DNA from: Candidatus Multivorans sp.
GTDB taxonomy: Bacteria > Acidobacteriota > Thermoanaerobaculia > Multivoradales > Multivoraceae
Reading direction: 5' to 3'
DNA length: 64,000 bases
Assembly: GCA_965224025.1 (NCBI GenBank)
Contig: OZ245033.1
Location: forward strand, 4,960,001 to 5,024,000
The position numbers were made by a program, and so were the translations under genes. Position 1 is the stretch's first letter; every line of letters starts with the position of its first letter. The notes under the pieces were generated by a model that had not been told where the DNA came from, did no database searches, and worked only from the letters and a program-made list of their open reading frames with translations. Shown one piece after another: positions 21,473 through 31,307 of the stretch.

Positions 21473-22527
21473 CGCGACACCGCCACTTCCTTCTCATGAC
21501 GCACCAGCAGGTAGAGGAAGAAGGGAGCGCCGACGAAGGCCGTGACCACGCCCAGGTGGACCTCCTTGGGCGCCGCCAGCGTCCGCGCCAGGAGATCCGC
21601 GCCGACCACGAACCACGCGCCGGTCAGGAACGCGGCCGGCAGCAGGCGGCGATGGACCGGTCCCAGCAGCAGGCGTACGAGGTGCGGCACGACGAGCCCG
21701 ACGAAGCCGACGACGCCGCTGACCGCGACGGCGCTGCCGGTCAGAATGGCCGCACTCCACAGCACGGCTCTCTTCGCCCGCTCGATATCGACCCCGAGGG
21801 ACGCCGCCACCTCCTCCCCTTCAAGCAGCAGGTCCAGGTCGCGCGCAAACCAGGCCGCCACAAGGCAGCCCACGGCCATCCCCGGCAACAGCATGCCGGC
21901 GTGTCCCCAGTCCCTATCCGTCACGCCGCCCATCATCCAGAAGGCGATCTGGCGCGCCGCCTCGTACTGTTCCCACGACCGGGCGATGAGCCACGAGTTG
22001 ACCGCGGCGAGCAGGGCGTTGAGCGCCACGCCGGCCAGCAGCAGGGTGGTAACCGGCGTATAGCCGTCGCGGGTGGCGATCCGGGTCACGATCAGCAGCG
22101 ACAGCAGCGCGCCCCCGACAGCGAACAGCGGCGCGGCAAGAAGGAAGGTGCCGGCCAGGCCGAAGGTCAGGGCGAAGACGGCGCCCACCGCAGCACCGGT
22201 GCTCGTGCCGACGATCCCGGGCGATGCGAGGGGATTGCGGAACAGCCCCTGCATCTGGGCGCCGGCGAGCGCCAGGCAACCGCCGACCATCGCCGCCACG
22301 ACCACCCGCGGCGCCCGTAGCGACCACACGATCGTCTCCACCTGCGGATCCACGGGACCGCGATCGCCGGGCAGCAGGTGCCGGGCCAGCACCGCCATGA
22401 CTTCCGCCGGATCGAGAGCGACCGAACCCCGGAACAGGCCGACCGCCGCGAACGTCACCAGCAACACAGCCCCGGCGGCCATGTACCACCAGAATCCGAC
22501 CCGGTGCACCCCGAGAGCCGTCGTCAT
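21469..22527 (-). CDS. FecCD/BtuC-family ABC permease
   Basis: LRAPR, QGLFRNPLASP, GFVGLVVPH, GAPFFLYL. Confidence 0.93.
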   Translation of the reverse strand: MTTALGVHRVGFWWYMAAGAVLLVTFAAVGLFRGSVALDPAEVMAVLARHLLPGDRGPVDPQVETIVWSLRAPRVVVAAMVGGCLALAGAQMQGLFRNPLASPGIVGTSTGAAVGAVFALTFGLAGTFLLAAPLFAVGGALLSLLIVTRIATRDGYTPVTTLLLAGVALNALLAAVNSWLIARSWEQYEAARQIAFWMMGGVTDRDWGHAGMLLPGMAVGCLVAAWFARDLDLLLEGEEVAASLGVDIERAKRAVLWSAAILTGSAVAVSGVVGFVGLVVPHLVRLLLGPVHRRLLPAAFLTGAWFVVGADLLARTLAAPKEVHLGVVTAFVGAPFFLYLLVRHEKEVAVSR

Positions 22528-22581
22528 GCCGTACCGACCATCCTCATTGCGTACCGACCATCGATGCCGCCCCGATCATCC

Positions 22582-23640
22582 TCATCGAGTGCCAGCCGCC
22601 GCCGGGCTGCGACCCCCCGCGGCTTGCATCCGTTCCGCAGCATCCACCAGCGCGTCCGCGAGCCGGTCAACCAACCCGGCAACGTGGTGCGAGACGGCAG
22701 CCATGTCCCGACCGTCGAGGGCCACGACGTTGCCCAGCCCGGCAGCCCGAGTGCCGTCCGGGACACCCACCGCCGCGACGTCGGCGACATACGAGTCAGT
22801 GAAGATCACGTCCGGGTTCCAGAGTACGACCTGTTCGGCGCTGATCCGCGGCCAGCCGACAAGGCCTTTCTCGGCGGCGAGGTTCACTGCACCCAGGTAG
22901 CGAATGGCGTCGTCGAACACGGTCCGTCCACCCAGCACCACGCCACCGCTGTAGTGGACGACTCGCAAACCCGCGATCCGGGCGCCCGCCCGCGCCCGCG
23001 CCGCCTCCAGCCGGGCCCGCATCGACTCCACAAGCCGCTCCGCCTCGCGCTCACGGCCGATCGCGAAGCCCACGACCCGGATGTTGTTTTCGATTGCCGC
23101 CAGGCTCTCGTGGTCGAGCAGGACGAGCACGGGCACACCCGCCGCCTCCAACTGGGCGAGCGTCTCCTGGGTGTTGAAGCCGGCCGCGAACACCAGGTCG
23201 GGCGAAACCGCCAGGATCTCCTCCGTGCTGAACCCGCCCACACGCCCCACGCGTCGCGCCGCTTCCGCACTGGGACTGAACGCCGGATCGCCGGCAAAGG
23301 GCGACAGCAGGGCGATCCGTTCGGGCTCGGATATCTCCAGCAGGATCTCGTCCGTTGCCAAGGTCCGGGACGCGATCCGCTCGGGCGGCCCCGGCAACCG
23401 CACCACCCGACCGCCGCAGCGGATCTCGCGCCAGACGCCGTCGCCGCCCGGTTCGACGAGTTCCAGCTCGACGCCAGCCACGCCGTCCAGGTACTCGGCG
23501 TGCTCGACGCCCAGGGCCGCTACACCCGTGACTCCGGCCGCATCGCCATCGGCCGCATCCCCATCGGAAGGGCCGGTGCACGCACCGACCAGCAACGCAA
23601 GGGCGAACGCACGCAACAGGGGCATCCGAACCCCGATCAT
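22582..23640 (-). CDS. ABC transporter substrate-binding lipoprotein (BtuF/FhuD-like)
   Basis: Lipobox LVGAC, PERIAS, EEILAVSPDLV, EQVVLWNPDVI; start uncertain. Confidence 0.85.
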   Translation of the reverse strand: MIGVRMPLLRAFALALLVGACTGPSDGDAADGDAAGVTGVAALGVEHAEYLDGVAGVELELVEPGGDGVWREIRCGGRVVRLPGPPERIASRTLATDEILLEISEPERIALLSPFAGDPAFSPSAEAARRVGRVGGFSTEEILAVSPDLVFAAGFNTQETLAQLEAAGVPVLVLLDHESLAAIENNIRVVGFAIGREREAERLVESMRARLEAARARAGARIAGLRVVHYSGGVVLGGRTVFDDAIRYLGAVNLAAEKGLVGWPRISAEQVVLWNPDVIFTDSYVADVAAVGVPDGTRAAGLGNVVALDGRDMAAVSHHVAGLVDRLADALVDAAERMQAAGGRSPAAAGTR

Positions 23641-23727
23641 CCCCGTCTGTCCACGCCGCCGCACAAGTGGCGATCATAGTTATACTGCCGCCCCCATCGG
23701 ATCCAGGAACGTCAGGGAGCAGAGTGC

Positions 23728-24234
23728 ATGAGCATCAAGACCGGGGACGCGGTCCCCGAAGCCAGCTTCAAGCAGATGACATCGGACGGCATCGTCGACA
23801 TTTCGACTCGGGAGTTGTTCGAGGGCAAGAAGGTGGTCCTGTTCGCCGTGCCCGGCGCGCTGACGCCGACCTGTTCCGAGGTTCACATGCCCAGCTTCGT
23901 CGAACACCTGGAGACGATCAAGGCCAAGGACGTCGACACGGTGGCCTGCGTCGCGGTCAACGATGTCTTCGTGATCAACGAATGGCGCAAGGCGCGGAGC
24001 ATTCCCGACGACATCCTGCTGCTGTCCGACGGCAACGGCGAGTTCACGGCCAAGGTCGGACTGGAACTCGACGCCTCGCGCTTCGGCATGGGCACGAGGT
24101 CCCGACGCTACGCCGCGGTCGTCGACGACGGCGTGGTGCAGTACCTCGGCGTGGAGCCGGCGGGTCAGGTCGGCGTGAGCGGGGCCGAAGCGGTACTGGA
24201 GGAACTCGGGTGGCGCGTTCCGCGTCAGCCGTGA
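23728..24234 (+). CDS. peroxiredoxin (Prx5 type)
   Basis: [34 protein letters not shown]. Confidence 0.93.
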   Translation: MSIKTGDAVPEASFKQMTSDGIVDISTRELFEGKKVVLFAVPGALTPTCSEVHMPSFVEHLETIKAKDVDTVACVAVNDVFVINEWRKARSIPDDILLLSDGNGEFTAKVGLELDASRFGMGTRSRRYAAVVDDGVVQYLGVEPAGQVGVSGAEAVLEELGWRVPRQP

Positions 24235-24262
24235 ACCAGTCCATGCGCCCGTCATCGGGCGC

Positions 24263-25270
24263 ATGGATGACACTCGGCTGATCCAACCTGGCTATCCCTG
24301 GCCCGGGGGTCTCTTGACCAACCACAAGGTCGACTCTCTCACCGACTCGATCTACGTCACCTTCGACGAGGAGGCGTGGGGGCGTCTCCGTGCCGACACC
24401 CCGAATCCGCTGTCCGAGGGCGAACTGGAGCGGCTGCGCGGCATCAACGAGAACGTGTCGCTGGAGGAGGTGGCGCAGATCTTTCTGCCGATGTCCCGGC
24501 TCCTGAATCTCTATGTCGGCGGCACCCAGGACCTCTACCGGGCCAGCACGACCTTCCTCGGCGGTCTGGCGCCCAAGGTGCCGTACATCATCGGCATCGG
24601 CGGCAGCGTCGCGGTGGGCAAGAGCACCACCGGCCGCATCCTGCGCGAGCTGCTCGCGCGTTGGCCCAATCATCCCCAGGTCGACCTGGTGACCACCGAC
24701 GGCTTCCTCCACCCCAACGCCGTCCTGGAGGAGCGGGGGCTCATGGAGCGCAAGGGCTTTCCCGAGAGCTTCGACATTCGCACCCTGGTCAACTTCGTCC
24801 TCCAGGTGAAGTCGGGCGAGCGGCGGGTCGAGCACCCGGTCTACTCGCACCACTCCTACGACATCCTGCCCGGCGCCACCGAGGTCGTCGATCAGCCGGA
24901 CATCCTGATTCTGGAGGGCTTGAACGTGCTCCAGGCACGGTCGCAGGCGCCCAGGAGCAGCCGGCTGATGCTCTCCGACCTGTTCGACTTCTCGATCTAC
25001 GTGGACGCCGAGACCGAGGTGGTCGAACGTTGGTACGTGGAGCGCTTCCTGACCTTCAGGGGTACCGCATTCAAGGACCCCGACGCCTACTTCCACCGCT
25101 ACGCGAGCCTGAGCGAAAAGGACGCCATCGAGACGGCGCGCGGCATCTGGAAGGCGATCAACGAGCCGAACCTGACCCAGAACATCCTGCCGACCCGCGA
25201 GCGGGCCGATCTGATCCTCGAGAAGGCGTCCGACCACGCGGTGCGTCGGGTGCGGCTGCGAAAACTGTAG
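24263..25270 (+). CDS. coaA: type I pantothenate kinase
   Basis: [43 protein letters not shown]; start may lie slightly downstream. Confidence 0.95.
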   Translation: MDDTRLIQPGYPWPGGLLTNHKVDSLTDSIYVTFDEEAWGRLRADTPNPLSEGELERLRGINENVSLEEVAQIFLPMSRLLNLYVGGTQDLYRASTTFLGGLAPKVPYIIGIGGSVAVGKSTTGRILRELLARWPNHPQVDLVTTDGFLHPNAVLEERGLMERKGFPESFDIRTLVNFVLQVKSGERRVEHPVYSHHSYDILPGATEVVDQPDILILEGLNVLQARSQAPRSSRLMLSDLFDFSIYVDAETEVVERWYVERFLTFRGTAFKDPDAYFHRYASLSEKDAIETARGIWKAINEPNLTQNILPTRERADLILEKASDHAVRRVRLRKL

Positions 25271-25274
25271 CTGG

Positions 25275-26843
25275 CTACGGCGCCTGCCAGTTCGGGTTTC
25301 CCAAAGCGCCGGACTCGTCGAGGAGTTCGTCCAGGCGCCCGGACAGGCGGTCGAACAGCTCCTTGAGTGCCAGCACCTCGGCTGCGTCTTCGCCGTCCTG
25401 GCTCCGCGCGTTCCTGGCCGCGACCGCCAGTCGCGTCTCGACGTTGCCGGCGCCGTGGCGGGTGATGAAGTCGCCAAGCAGGTTGTTTCTCTCCGCCGGG
25501 TCGGCCTCCAGGTCGTAGAGCTCGTAGCGGTCCCAAACGCCGTGGAATCGCATCAACTTGTAGCGGTCCGTGCGCACACCCAGCACGGTCGGCGTCTGCG
25601 GGAAGGACCGTTCCCAGAAGTACTCGTAGAGGAAGGCGTCGCGCCACGGCGACGCATTGGTCCGGTCGCCTTCGATCAGTCCCAGGAAGGAGCGCCCCTG
25701 GACGGTTGACGGGATCTCGAGTCCCGCGGCCTCCAGGAAGGTCGGCGCGAAGTCCAGGTTGACGATGAGTTCCGGGCGCCGCAAACCCCCGGCGCCGCCC
25801 TCGAACCCCGGCGCCAGGACGACCAGCGGTACGCGGATCGACGCCTCGTACATCGTCCGTTTGTCGATCAGGCCGTGCTCGCCGAACTGGAAGCCGTTGT
25901 CGGAGGTGAACACGAGCAGCGTCCGTTCCAGATGCCCCTGCTGTTCCAGGGCGCCTACGATCCGCCCGACACTGTCATCGACCGCGCGCATGGTCTCCGC
26001 GTAGTCCAGCGCGAACTGCTGGAAGTCGACCCGGTTGTCGTACAGGCCGTCGACGCCGTGCCAACTCCGACGCTGCGCCTCGACCCAGTTCGGCTTGCCC
26101 TCGTAGTTGTCATGCCGGTTCGCCATCGTCGGCGGAGGTGGATACCGCCGATCGGCGTAGCTCCCGAGGTGGCGTTCCGCGGGCCGGAAGGGCGAGTGAA
26201 CGGCCTTGTGCGACACGTAGAGCAGGAAGGGCTCATCCGCCCCCTCGCGGGCGGCCAGGAAGTCCAGCGCGTAGTCGGTGATCAGGTCCGTGGTGTAGCC
26301 CTGGCGCGGCACCCGTTCGCCGTCGATGTTGAAGGTCTGGTTGTAGTAGAGGCCCTGACCCGGAAACGAGACCCAGCGGTCGAATCCCGGCCGCGGCTCG
26401 TCGGAGCTGCCTCCCATGTGCCACTTGCCGACGAAGGCGGTCCGGTAGCCGGCGCCCTGGAGTTCCTGCGGGAAGGTCGGCGTCGACGGATCGAGGCGAG
26501 TGCGGTTGTCGAGCACACCGTGCCGATGGGCGTACTGCCCGGTGAGGATCGACGCCCGGCTCGGCGAGCAGAGCGACGTGGTCACGAAGGCGTTCTCGAA
26601 CAGCACCCCGCGTTCGATCAGCCGATCGAGGTGCGGAGTCTCGAGGAACGGGTGTCCGAGCGCGGAAGCGGCGTCGAAGCGCTGGTCGTCGATCAGGATG
26701 AAGACGATGTTCGGGCGCTCGTCGGCGAGCCCCGGAGCGGCCGCCATCAGAGTCAACCCGCACGCCGCCAGCAGGCGCACGCCAAGGCGTCCGGTCCTTC
26801 GCCACCGTCCCGGTTCCCTGTTCGTCATCTCAGCTCCCGTCAT
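25275..26843 (-). CDS. formylglycine-dependent sulfatase
   Basis: PNIVFILIDD, CSPSRASILTG, GKWH, SDNG; ATG 26843 overlaps the upstream stop. Confidence 0.92.
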   Translation of the reverse strand: MTGAEMTNREPGRWRRTGRLGVRLLAACGLTLMAAAPGLADERPNIVFILIDDQRFDAASALGHPFLETPHLDRLIERGVLFENAFVTTSLCSPSRASILTGQYAHRHGVLDNRTRLDPSTPTFPQELQGAGYRTAFVGKWHMGGSSDEPRPGFDRWVSFPGQGLYYNQTFNIDGERVPRQGYTTDLITDYALDFLAAREGADEPFLLYVSHKAVHSPFRPAERHLGSYADRRYPPPPTMANRHDNYEGKPNWVEAQRRSWHGVDGLYDNRVDFQQFALDYAETMRAVDDSVGRIVGALEQQGHLERTLLVFTSDNGFQFGEHGLIDKRTMYEASIRVPLVVLAPGFEGGAGGLRRPELIVNLDFAPTFLEAAGLEIPSTVQGRSFLGLIEGDRTNASPWRDAFLYEYFWERSFPQTPTVLGVRTDRYKLMRFHGVWDRYELYDLEADPAERNNLLGDFITRHGAGNVETRLAVAARNARSQDGEDAAEVLALKELFDRLSGRLDELLDESGALGNPNWQAP

Positions 26844-27769
26844 CTCAATTCTGCTGGGGGAAGTTCGCCCAGACCGACCGCCGCCAGTTCCCCGGGCTCG
26901 TAGTTCCAGCGCCGGTAGTTCCACATCCACTGCTCGGGCTGCGCCCGCACTCTCCGTTCGATCGCCCCGGCGATGCGCTGCGACAGCTCGACCGCGTCCC
27001 GCGTCCCGCCCGGAGAGCGGAGGATCTCACTCTCCAGCCGGTACGAGAAGGGGCCCTCGCGGACACAGAACGCCGCGACCAGGGGACAGTCGCGCTTGGC
27101 CGCCAGCGCCGCCGGGCCACCGACGAACTCCGTGCGGCGGCCCAGGAAAGAGACCTCCGGACCGCGCCGCTGGTCGGGCCGCTGATCGACCACCATGATC
27201 AGCGTCTCCTTCCGCTTGAGGCAGCTCAGCATGTCGCGCAGGAGAGAGGCACGCCCGCTCCAGATCACCCGAACCCCCGCCCGCGCCCGCATCCGCTCGA
27301 CAAAGAGCGACGTTGCCGCGGAACGCGCGGGCTTGGCGACCGCGCACACCGGAGAGGCGGCCGTGCGTACGATGCTCTGAGCCAGCAGTTCCCAGGCGCC
27401 TAGGTGGGCCGTGACCAGCACCTGGCCGCGGCCGCAACCCTCGACCTCTTCCATCAACCGCTGCAGGTCGCCGAAACCCTCCATTGCCCCTACGTCGAGC
27501 CGCTTCTGGTCGAAGCTGATCCGCACTGTCTCGAGCGCCGCCACGATCTGGTGCCGCACGCAGCGCCACTCCAGGTCGCGCGCCTCCGGCGACCCCGGAG
27601 GCAAGCCCACGACGACCGCCAGGTTCCGCCGCATCAACCGCACGTCGCGCGGCGTGACCCAGCGGCAAAGGGCCAGCAGCCCCGCCAGCGGGCCGAAGGC
27701 TGCAGCCGGCAGCAGGCGCAACAGCCACGAGGCGGCTAAGAGGAAGACTCCCATGGAGCGGTTGGACAT
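26840..27769 (-). CDS. lipid A late acyltransferase-like protein (LpxL/HtrB family)
   Basis: TAHLGAWE, VVDQ, VSFLGR, PEQWMWNYRRW. Confidence 0.85.
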   Translation of the reverse strand: MSNRSMGVFLLAASWLLRLLPAAAFGPLAGLLALCRWVTPRDVRLMRRNLAVVVGLPPGSPEARDLEWRCVRHQIVAALETVRISFDQKRLDVGAMEGFGDLQRLMEEVEGCGRGQVLVTAHLGAWELLAQSIVRTAASPVCAVAKPARSAATSLFVERMRARAGVRVIWSGRASLLRDMLSCLKRKETLIMVVDQRPDQRRGPEVSFLGRRTEFVGGPAALAAKRDCPLVAAFCVREGPFSYRLESEILRSPGGTRDAVELSQRIAGAIERRVRAQPEQWMWNYRRWNYEPGELAAVGLGELPPAELR

Positions 27770-27877
27770 CGGGCTGCCAGTCTAGGAGTGTCCGCAGCGT
27801 TGTCGCTGCGCTGTCGCGCAGGGAACAGGCAGCGAGTAGCCAACGTTACAGCGGCGTCGTGGGTTCATAGAGTTGGC

Positions 27878-28033
27878 CGCGCTGGGCAGCGAGGCCGCGC
27901 AGGCACTGGTGTGTTGGCGCCCGACTAGGAGTTTGGCCCGGACCGTGATCGGCGCTCTGACGCTGGCGGCGCGGCTTGTGTCGCGACCCCGTATGCAAGA
28001 TTGAGCTTTTCGCCGCGGTCTCTGCCCAGCGCG
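27878..28033 (+). ncRNA. candidate IS110 bridge RNA
   Basis: Perfect 12-bp closing stem (CGCGCTGGGCAG 27878-27889 / CTGCCCAGCGCG 28022-28033); internal segments match both junctions (CTAGGAGT, ATGCAAGA). Confidence 0.65.
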
Positions 28034-28066
28034 ACGATTGGATTCCACATCTACGGGAGGCAGGGG

Positions 28067-29386
28067 ATGGCAAAGCGGAAGGCGGAGCGTCTGGAAGTCG
28101 TTCACCCGGATTGCGCCGGTGTGGACGTAGGCAAGCGCAAGCACTACGTGGCGGTGGCCCCGTCGCGTTTCGAGCGGCCGGTGCGCAATTTCTCGTCGTT
28201 CACGGAGGACCTCGAGGCGATGGCCTCGTGGCTTCAGGAGTGCGGCGTGCGTGAGGTGGCGCTGGAGTCGACGGGGGTGTACTGGATTCCGGTGTTCGAG
28301 GTGCTGGACCGGGCGGGGTTCGAGGTGCATCTGGTGAATCCTCGGGCGACCAAGCAGGTGAGTGGCCGCAAGAGTGACGTTCTGGACTGCCAGTGGATCC
28401 GGCAGTTGATGAGCTACGGGCTCCTGCGCGGTGCGTTTCGCGCGCCGGACGAGTTGTGTCCGCTGCGTTCGTACACGCGGCAGCGCGCCCAGTTGGTCCG
28501 CGACCGCAGCCGCGCGGTGCAGCACATCCAGAAGGCTCTGGTGCAGATGAACGTGCAGTTGGACAACGTGCTGAGCGACATCATGGGCAAGACCGGCCAG
28601 TTGATCGTGCGCGCGATCGTCGCCGGCGAGCGCGACGGCGCGGCGCTGGCCCGTCACCGGGACGGTCGCTGCAAGGCTGGTCCGGCTGTGATCGCGGCGA
28701 GTTTGCAAGGCAACTGGCGAGACGAGCACCTGTTCGCTCTGGGCCAGGCGCTGGCCCGCTACGACATGCTGCAAGGCCAGATCGAGATGTGCGAGAAGCG
28801 CATCGACGCCGAGCTCGACGGTCTGGCCCAAGACGGCGTCGAGGACGCGCCGCCGCCCGGTTCGAAGGCGCGCGAGCGCGCCCTGCGGAAGCGGCTGCAT
28901 CGCATGCTCGGCGTGGACCTGGTCGCCATTCCGACGGTCGGCGTCGAAACCGCGCTGACCTTCGCCGCTGAGATCGGCCCGGACCTGTCCCGGTTTCCCT
29001 CGCAGGGCAACTTCTGCTCGTGGCTGTGTCTGGCTCCACCGACCAACATCAGCGGCGACAAACGGCTGAACGGCCCTCCCGTGAAGCAGACCAACCGGGT
29101 CGGCCAGGCGCTGCGCCAAGCCGCCACCACAGCCCGCAACAGCAAGACCGCCATCGGAGCCTCTCACCGCCGGCGTCTCCAGCACATGGAGAAGGCGAAG
29201 GCCATCAAGGCCACCGCTCATCAACTCGGCCGACTGATCTACGCCATGCTGACCCACGGCGAAGAGTACGTCGAGCGCGACCTCGCCGAAATGGAGGCCG
29301 TCCGACGCGAACGACAAATCAGAAACCTGCAGCGTCAGGCCCGCCGCCTGAATCTGGCTCTCGTGCCGACCGAACATGCCGCCTGA
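28067..29386 (+). CDS. IS110-family transposase/recombinase
   Basis: DEDD domain (GVDVGK, ALESTGVYW, KSDVLD) and Tnp domain (IPTVG, FCSWLCLAP, SGDKR). Confidence 0.95.
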   Translation: MAKRKAERLEVVHPDCAGVDVGKRKHYVAVAPSRFERPVRNFSSFTEDLEAMASWLQECGVREVALESTGVYWIPVFEVLDRAGFEVHLVNPRATKQVSGRKSDVLDCQWIRQLMSYGLLRGAFRAPDELCPLRSYTRQRAQLVRDRSRAVQHIQKALVQMNVQLDNVLSDIMGKTGQLIVRAIVAGERDGAALARHRDGRCKAGPAVIAASLQGNWRDEHLFALGQALARYDMLQGQIEMCEKRIDAELDGLAQDGVEDAPPPGSKARERALRKRLHRMLGVDLVAIPTVGVETALTFAAEIGPDLSRFPSQGNFCSWLCLAPPTNISGDKRLNGPPVKQTNRVGQALRQAATTARNSKTAIGASHRRRLQHMEKAKAIKATAHQLGRLIYAMLTHGEEYVERDLAEMEAVRRERQIRNLQRQARRLNLALVPTEHAA

Positions 29387-29453
29387 ATCGCGCAACCTGC
29401 GCTGCCAACAAGGAACCCCTACCCGTTTGTTCCATGCAAGACTGCGCAGGCTC

Positions 29454-30830
29454 CTACGGATCGGCGCCCATGCGCTTGCCGCGCTGCACTTGGCCCCAGC
29501 GTTCGAGGCGCAGGTGGGTGGCCCGCCCTGTCTCCGCATCCACCTCGAAGATCGCGATCTGCTCCCGGTCGCGGGTGCCGACGAAGCGGTGCTCCCCGAT
29601 CGGCACCGTCTCCGTGCCGGCGATCATCAGCTTGCCGTCCTTGACCAGGACGGGGATCGGGTTCCGGCCGAAGTCGTAGATGCCGGCGTAGCGCTTCAAC
29701 TCGTCCGGTTCCAGTGTCACAGCGGCGTGTTCGGCCTCCTGTACGCCGAGGACCGCGCGGGCGATTCGGGCCTCGAGCGGGCCCGGTTCGGCTGACGTGC
29801 TGTTGCTGAGCACGGCGACGACCAACTCGTCGTCCGGGTACCAGGAAAGCTGGCTCAGGAAACCGTTGATTCCGCCGCCGTGGGAGATCTTCCGGTGACC
29901 CGCCATCTCGCCGACCTGTAGGCCGAGGCCGTAACCGATCTCCTCGCCGCCCGGCAGCCGGCGCCTGGTGGTCATCGCGCTGAGGCTGTCCGGCGTCACG
30001 ACATCGCCGGCGCCGAGCGCCGTGGTCCAGCGCGCGAGGTCGAGAACGCTCGAGCCCAGGGAGCCGGCCGAGAAGGGCAGCAGCATGGAGAGCGGTTCGT
30101 CGTTCAGCAGGACGCCGTCTTCGACCCGGTAGCCCTCGGCACGGTTGGGGACGATCGGATCGTTGTAGAGGTAGTGCGACTCCCGCATTCCGAGCGGGCG
30201 GAAGAACGTCTCCCGGAGGTACTCGGCGTAGCTGCGGCCGCTCGCCTTCTCGATCAGCAGGCCGGCCAGGTAGTAGCCGGAGTTGCTGTACTGGTAGCGG
30301 TCGCCGGGCTCGAACTCGTAGGGCTGGGCCGAGAACAGTTCGATCATCTGCTCGTGGGAGAGGTCGAGCCGGCTCTGCTCCCAGAACGACGGCATCTCGG
30401 TGTAGCCCTTGATTCCCGAGGTGTGATCGAGCAACTGCCCGACCGTGATGTGGAACTCGCCGACCGGGTAGTCGGGGAAGTACTTCGCGATCGGCTCGTC
30501 GAGGGTGACCTTGCCCGCCTCGGCCAGCTTCAGAACCGCCGCGGCCGTGAACTGCTTGGTGACCGAGCCGATCCGGTAGACCGTGTGCTCGGTTGCCGGC
30601 ACCCGGTTCTCGACGTCGGCGAGGCCGTAGCCCTTGGCGAGGATCAGCTCGCCGCCGGACTGGACCGCGACGGAGATGCCAGGCGTCTGCGTGGCCTCCA
30701 TCGAGTCGGAGACCAACTCGTCGATTCGTTCGAGCAGAGCGCCGCGGTCGTCGCCGGCGGCCGACCCCGGCGCCGGAATCGATGTGAGCGCGGCGAGGAA
30801 GACGGGCCCGGCCCTTGATCTGATTCGCAT
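29454..30830 (-). CDS. beta-lactamase-like serine hydrolase
   Basis: SxxK in IGSVTKQF, LLDHTSG, YSNSGY, HGGGINGF; signal peptide. Confidence 0.92.
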   Translation of the reverse strand: MRIRSRAGPVFLAALTSIPAPGSAAGDDRGALLERIDELVSDSMEATQTPGISVAVQSGGELILAKGYGLADVENRVPATEHTVYRIGSVTKQFTAAAVLKLAEAGKVTLDEPIAKYFPDYPVGEFHITVGQLLDHTSGIKGYTEMPSFWEQSRLDLSHEQMIELFSAQPYEFEPGDRYQYSNSGYYLAGLLIEKASGRSYAEYLRETFFRPLGMRESHYLYNDPIVPNRAEGYRVEDGVLLNDEPLSMLLPFSAGSLGSSVLDLARWTTALGAGDVVTPDSLSAMTTRRRLPGGEEIGYGLGLQVGEMAGHRKISHGGGINGFLSQLSWYPDDELVVAVLSNSTSAEPGPLEARIARAVLGVQEAEHAAVTLEPDELKRYAGIYDFGRNPIPVLVKDGKLMIAGTETVPIGEHRFVGTRDREQIAIFEVDAETGRATHLRLERWGQVQRGKRMGADP

Positions 30831-30939
30831 GGTGTTTGATCCTATGGCCCCGAGCAGGTCGGCGGTCCGCGGCTACAGGGGGCCAAACAGCGTTAGAGTG
30901 TTGGTTTGGCGGAGGGGCAGCGGCAGGCATCGCCGGGTC

Positions 30940-31030
30940 GGGCGCCCCGTTGTGGGTGTCGCTGGAGCCGATGAAGCCGATCTTGAACGGGTTGCCGCGG
31001 CCCTCCTGCTTGAGCGGGAAACCCGCGAGC
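30940..31030 (-). pseudogene. short fragment resembling DUF3604 proteins
   Basis: Minus-strand GNPFKIGFIGSSDTHNGAP in otherwise non-coding-looking DNA; motif recalled, not searched. Confidence 0.4.
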
Positions 31031-31164
31031 AGGTCTACGATGTCGCCTGCTCGGACGGCGGCGCCGTCGATCCGGAAACCCACCGCTGCCCGGACAACGG
31101 AGCGACGGTGGACCTCTCCGACTGCTCCTTCAGTGACGGCGCCGGCGCACCCAGTGAGCGGCCC

Positions 31165-31240
31165 TGGTGGGCCGTGAGGGGATCGAACCCCCGACCCTTG
31201 GATTAAAAGTCCACTGCTCTACCAACTGAGCTAACGGCCC
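31165..31240 (-). tRNA. tRNA-Lys(UUU)
   Basis: GGGCCGTTAGCTCAGTTGGTAGAGCAGTGGACTTTTAATCCAAGGGTCGGGGGTTCGATCCCCTCACGGCCCACCA, 76 nt, anticodon TTT, encoded CCA; TATACT -10 box at 31246-31251. Confidence 0.97.
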
Positions 31241-31307
31241 GGCGCAGTATAGTGCCGCGGGCCTCTGGCCTGCGTTTCGAACGGCATCCGCCGCAGGCGG
31301 ATTCCGC

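Larger units (their letters stand above)
27786..29440 (+). mobile_element. IS110-family insertion sequence (~1.65 kb) with AG core at both junctions
   Basis: IS110 recombinase with a ~280-nt non-coding left end and no TIRs; AG at 27784-27785 and 29439-29440; joining the flanks gives palindrome CAGTCTAGACTG. Confidence 0.75.

Noticed and set aside
23641-23727. Cobalamin riboswitch upstream of the Btu/FecCD-type ABC operon
   Set aside because: Intergenic space is under 90 nt and no B12-box is visible; the substrate is left unassigned
31165-31240. tRNA-Lys as attachment site of an integrated island
   Set aside because: No integrase and no duplicated tRNA 3' end noticed in the window
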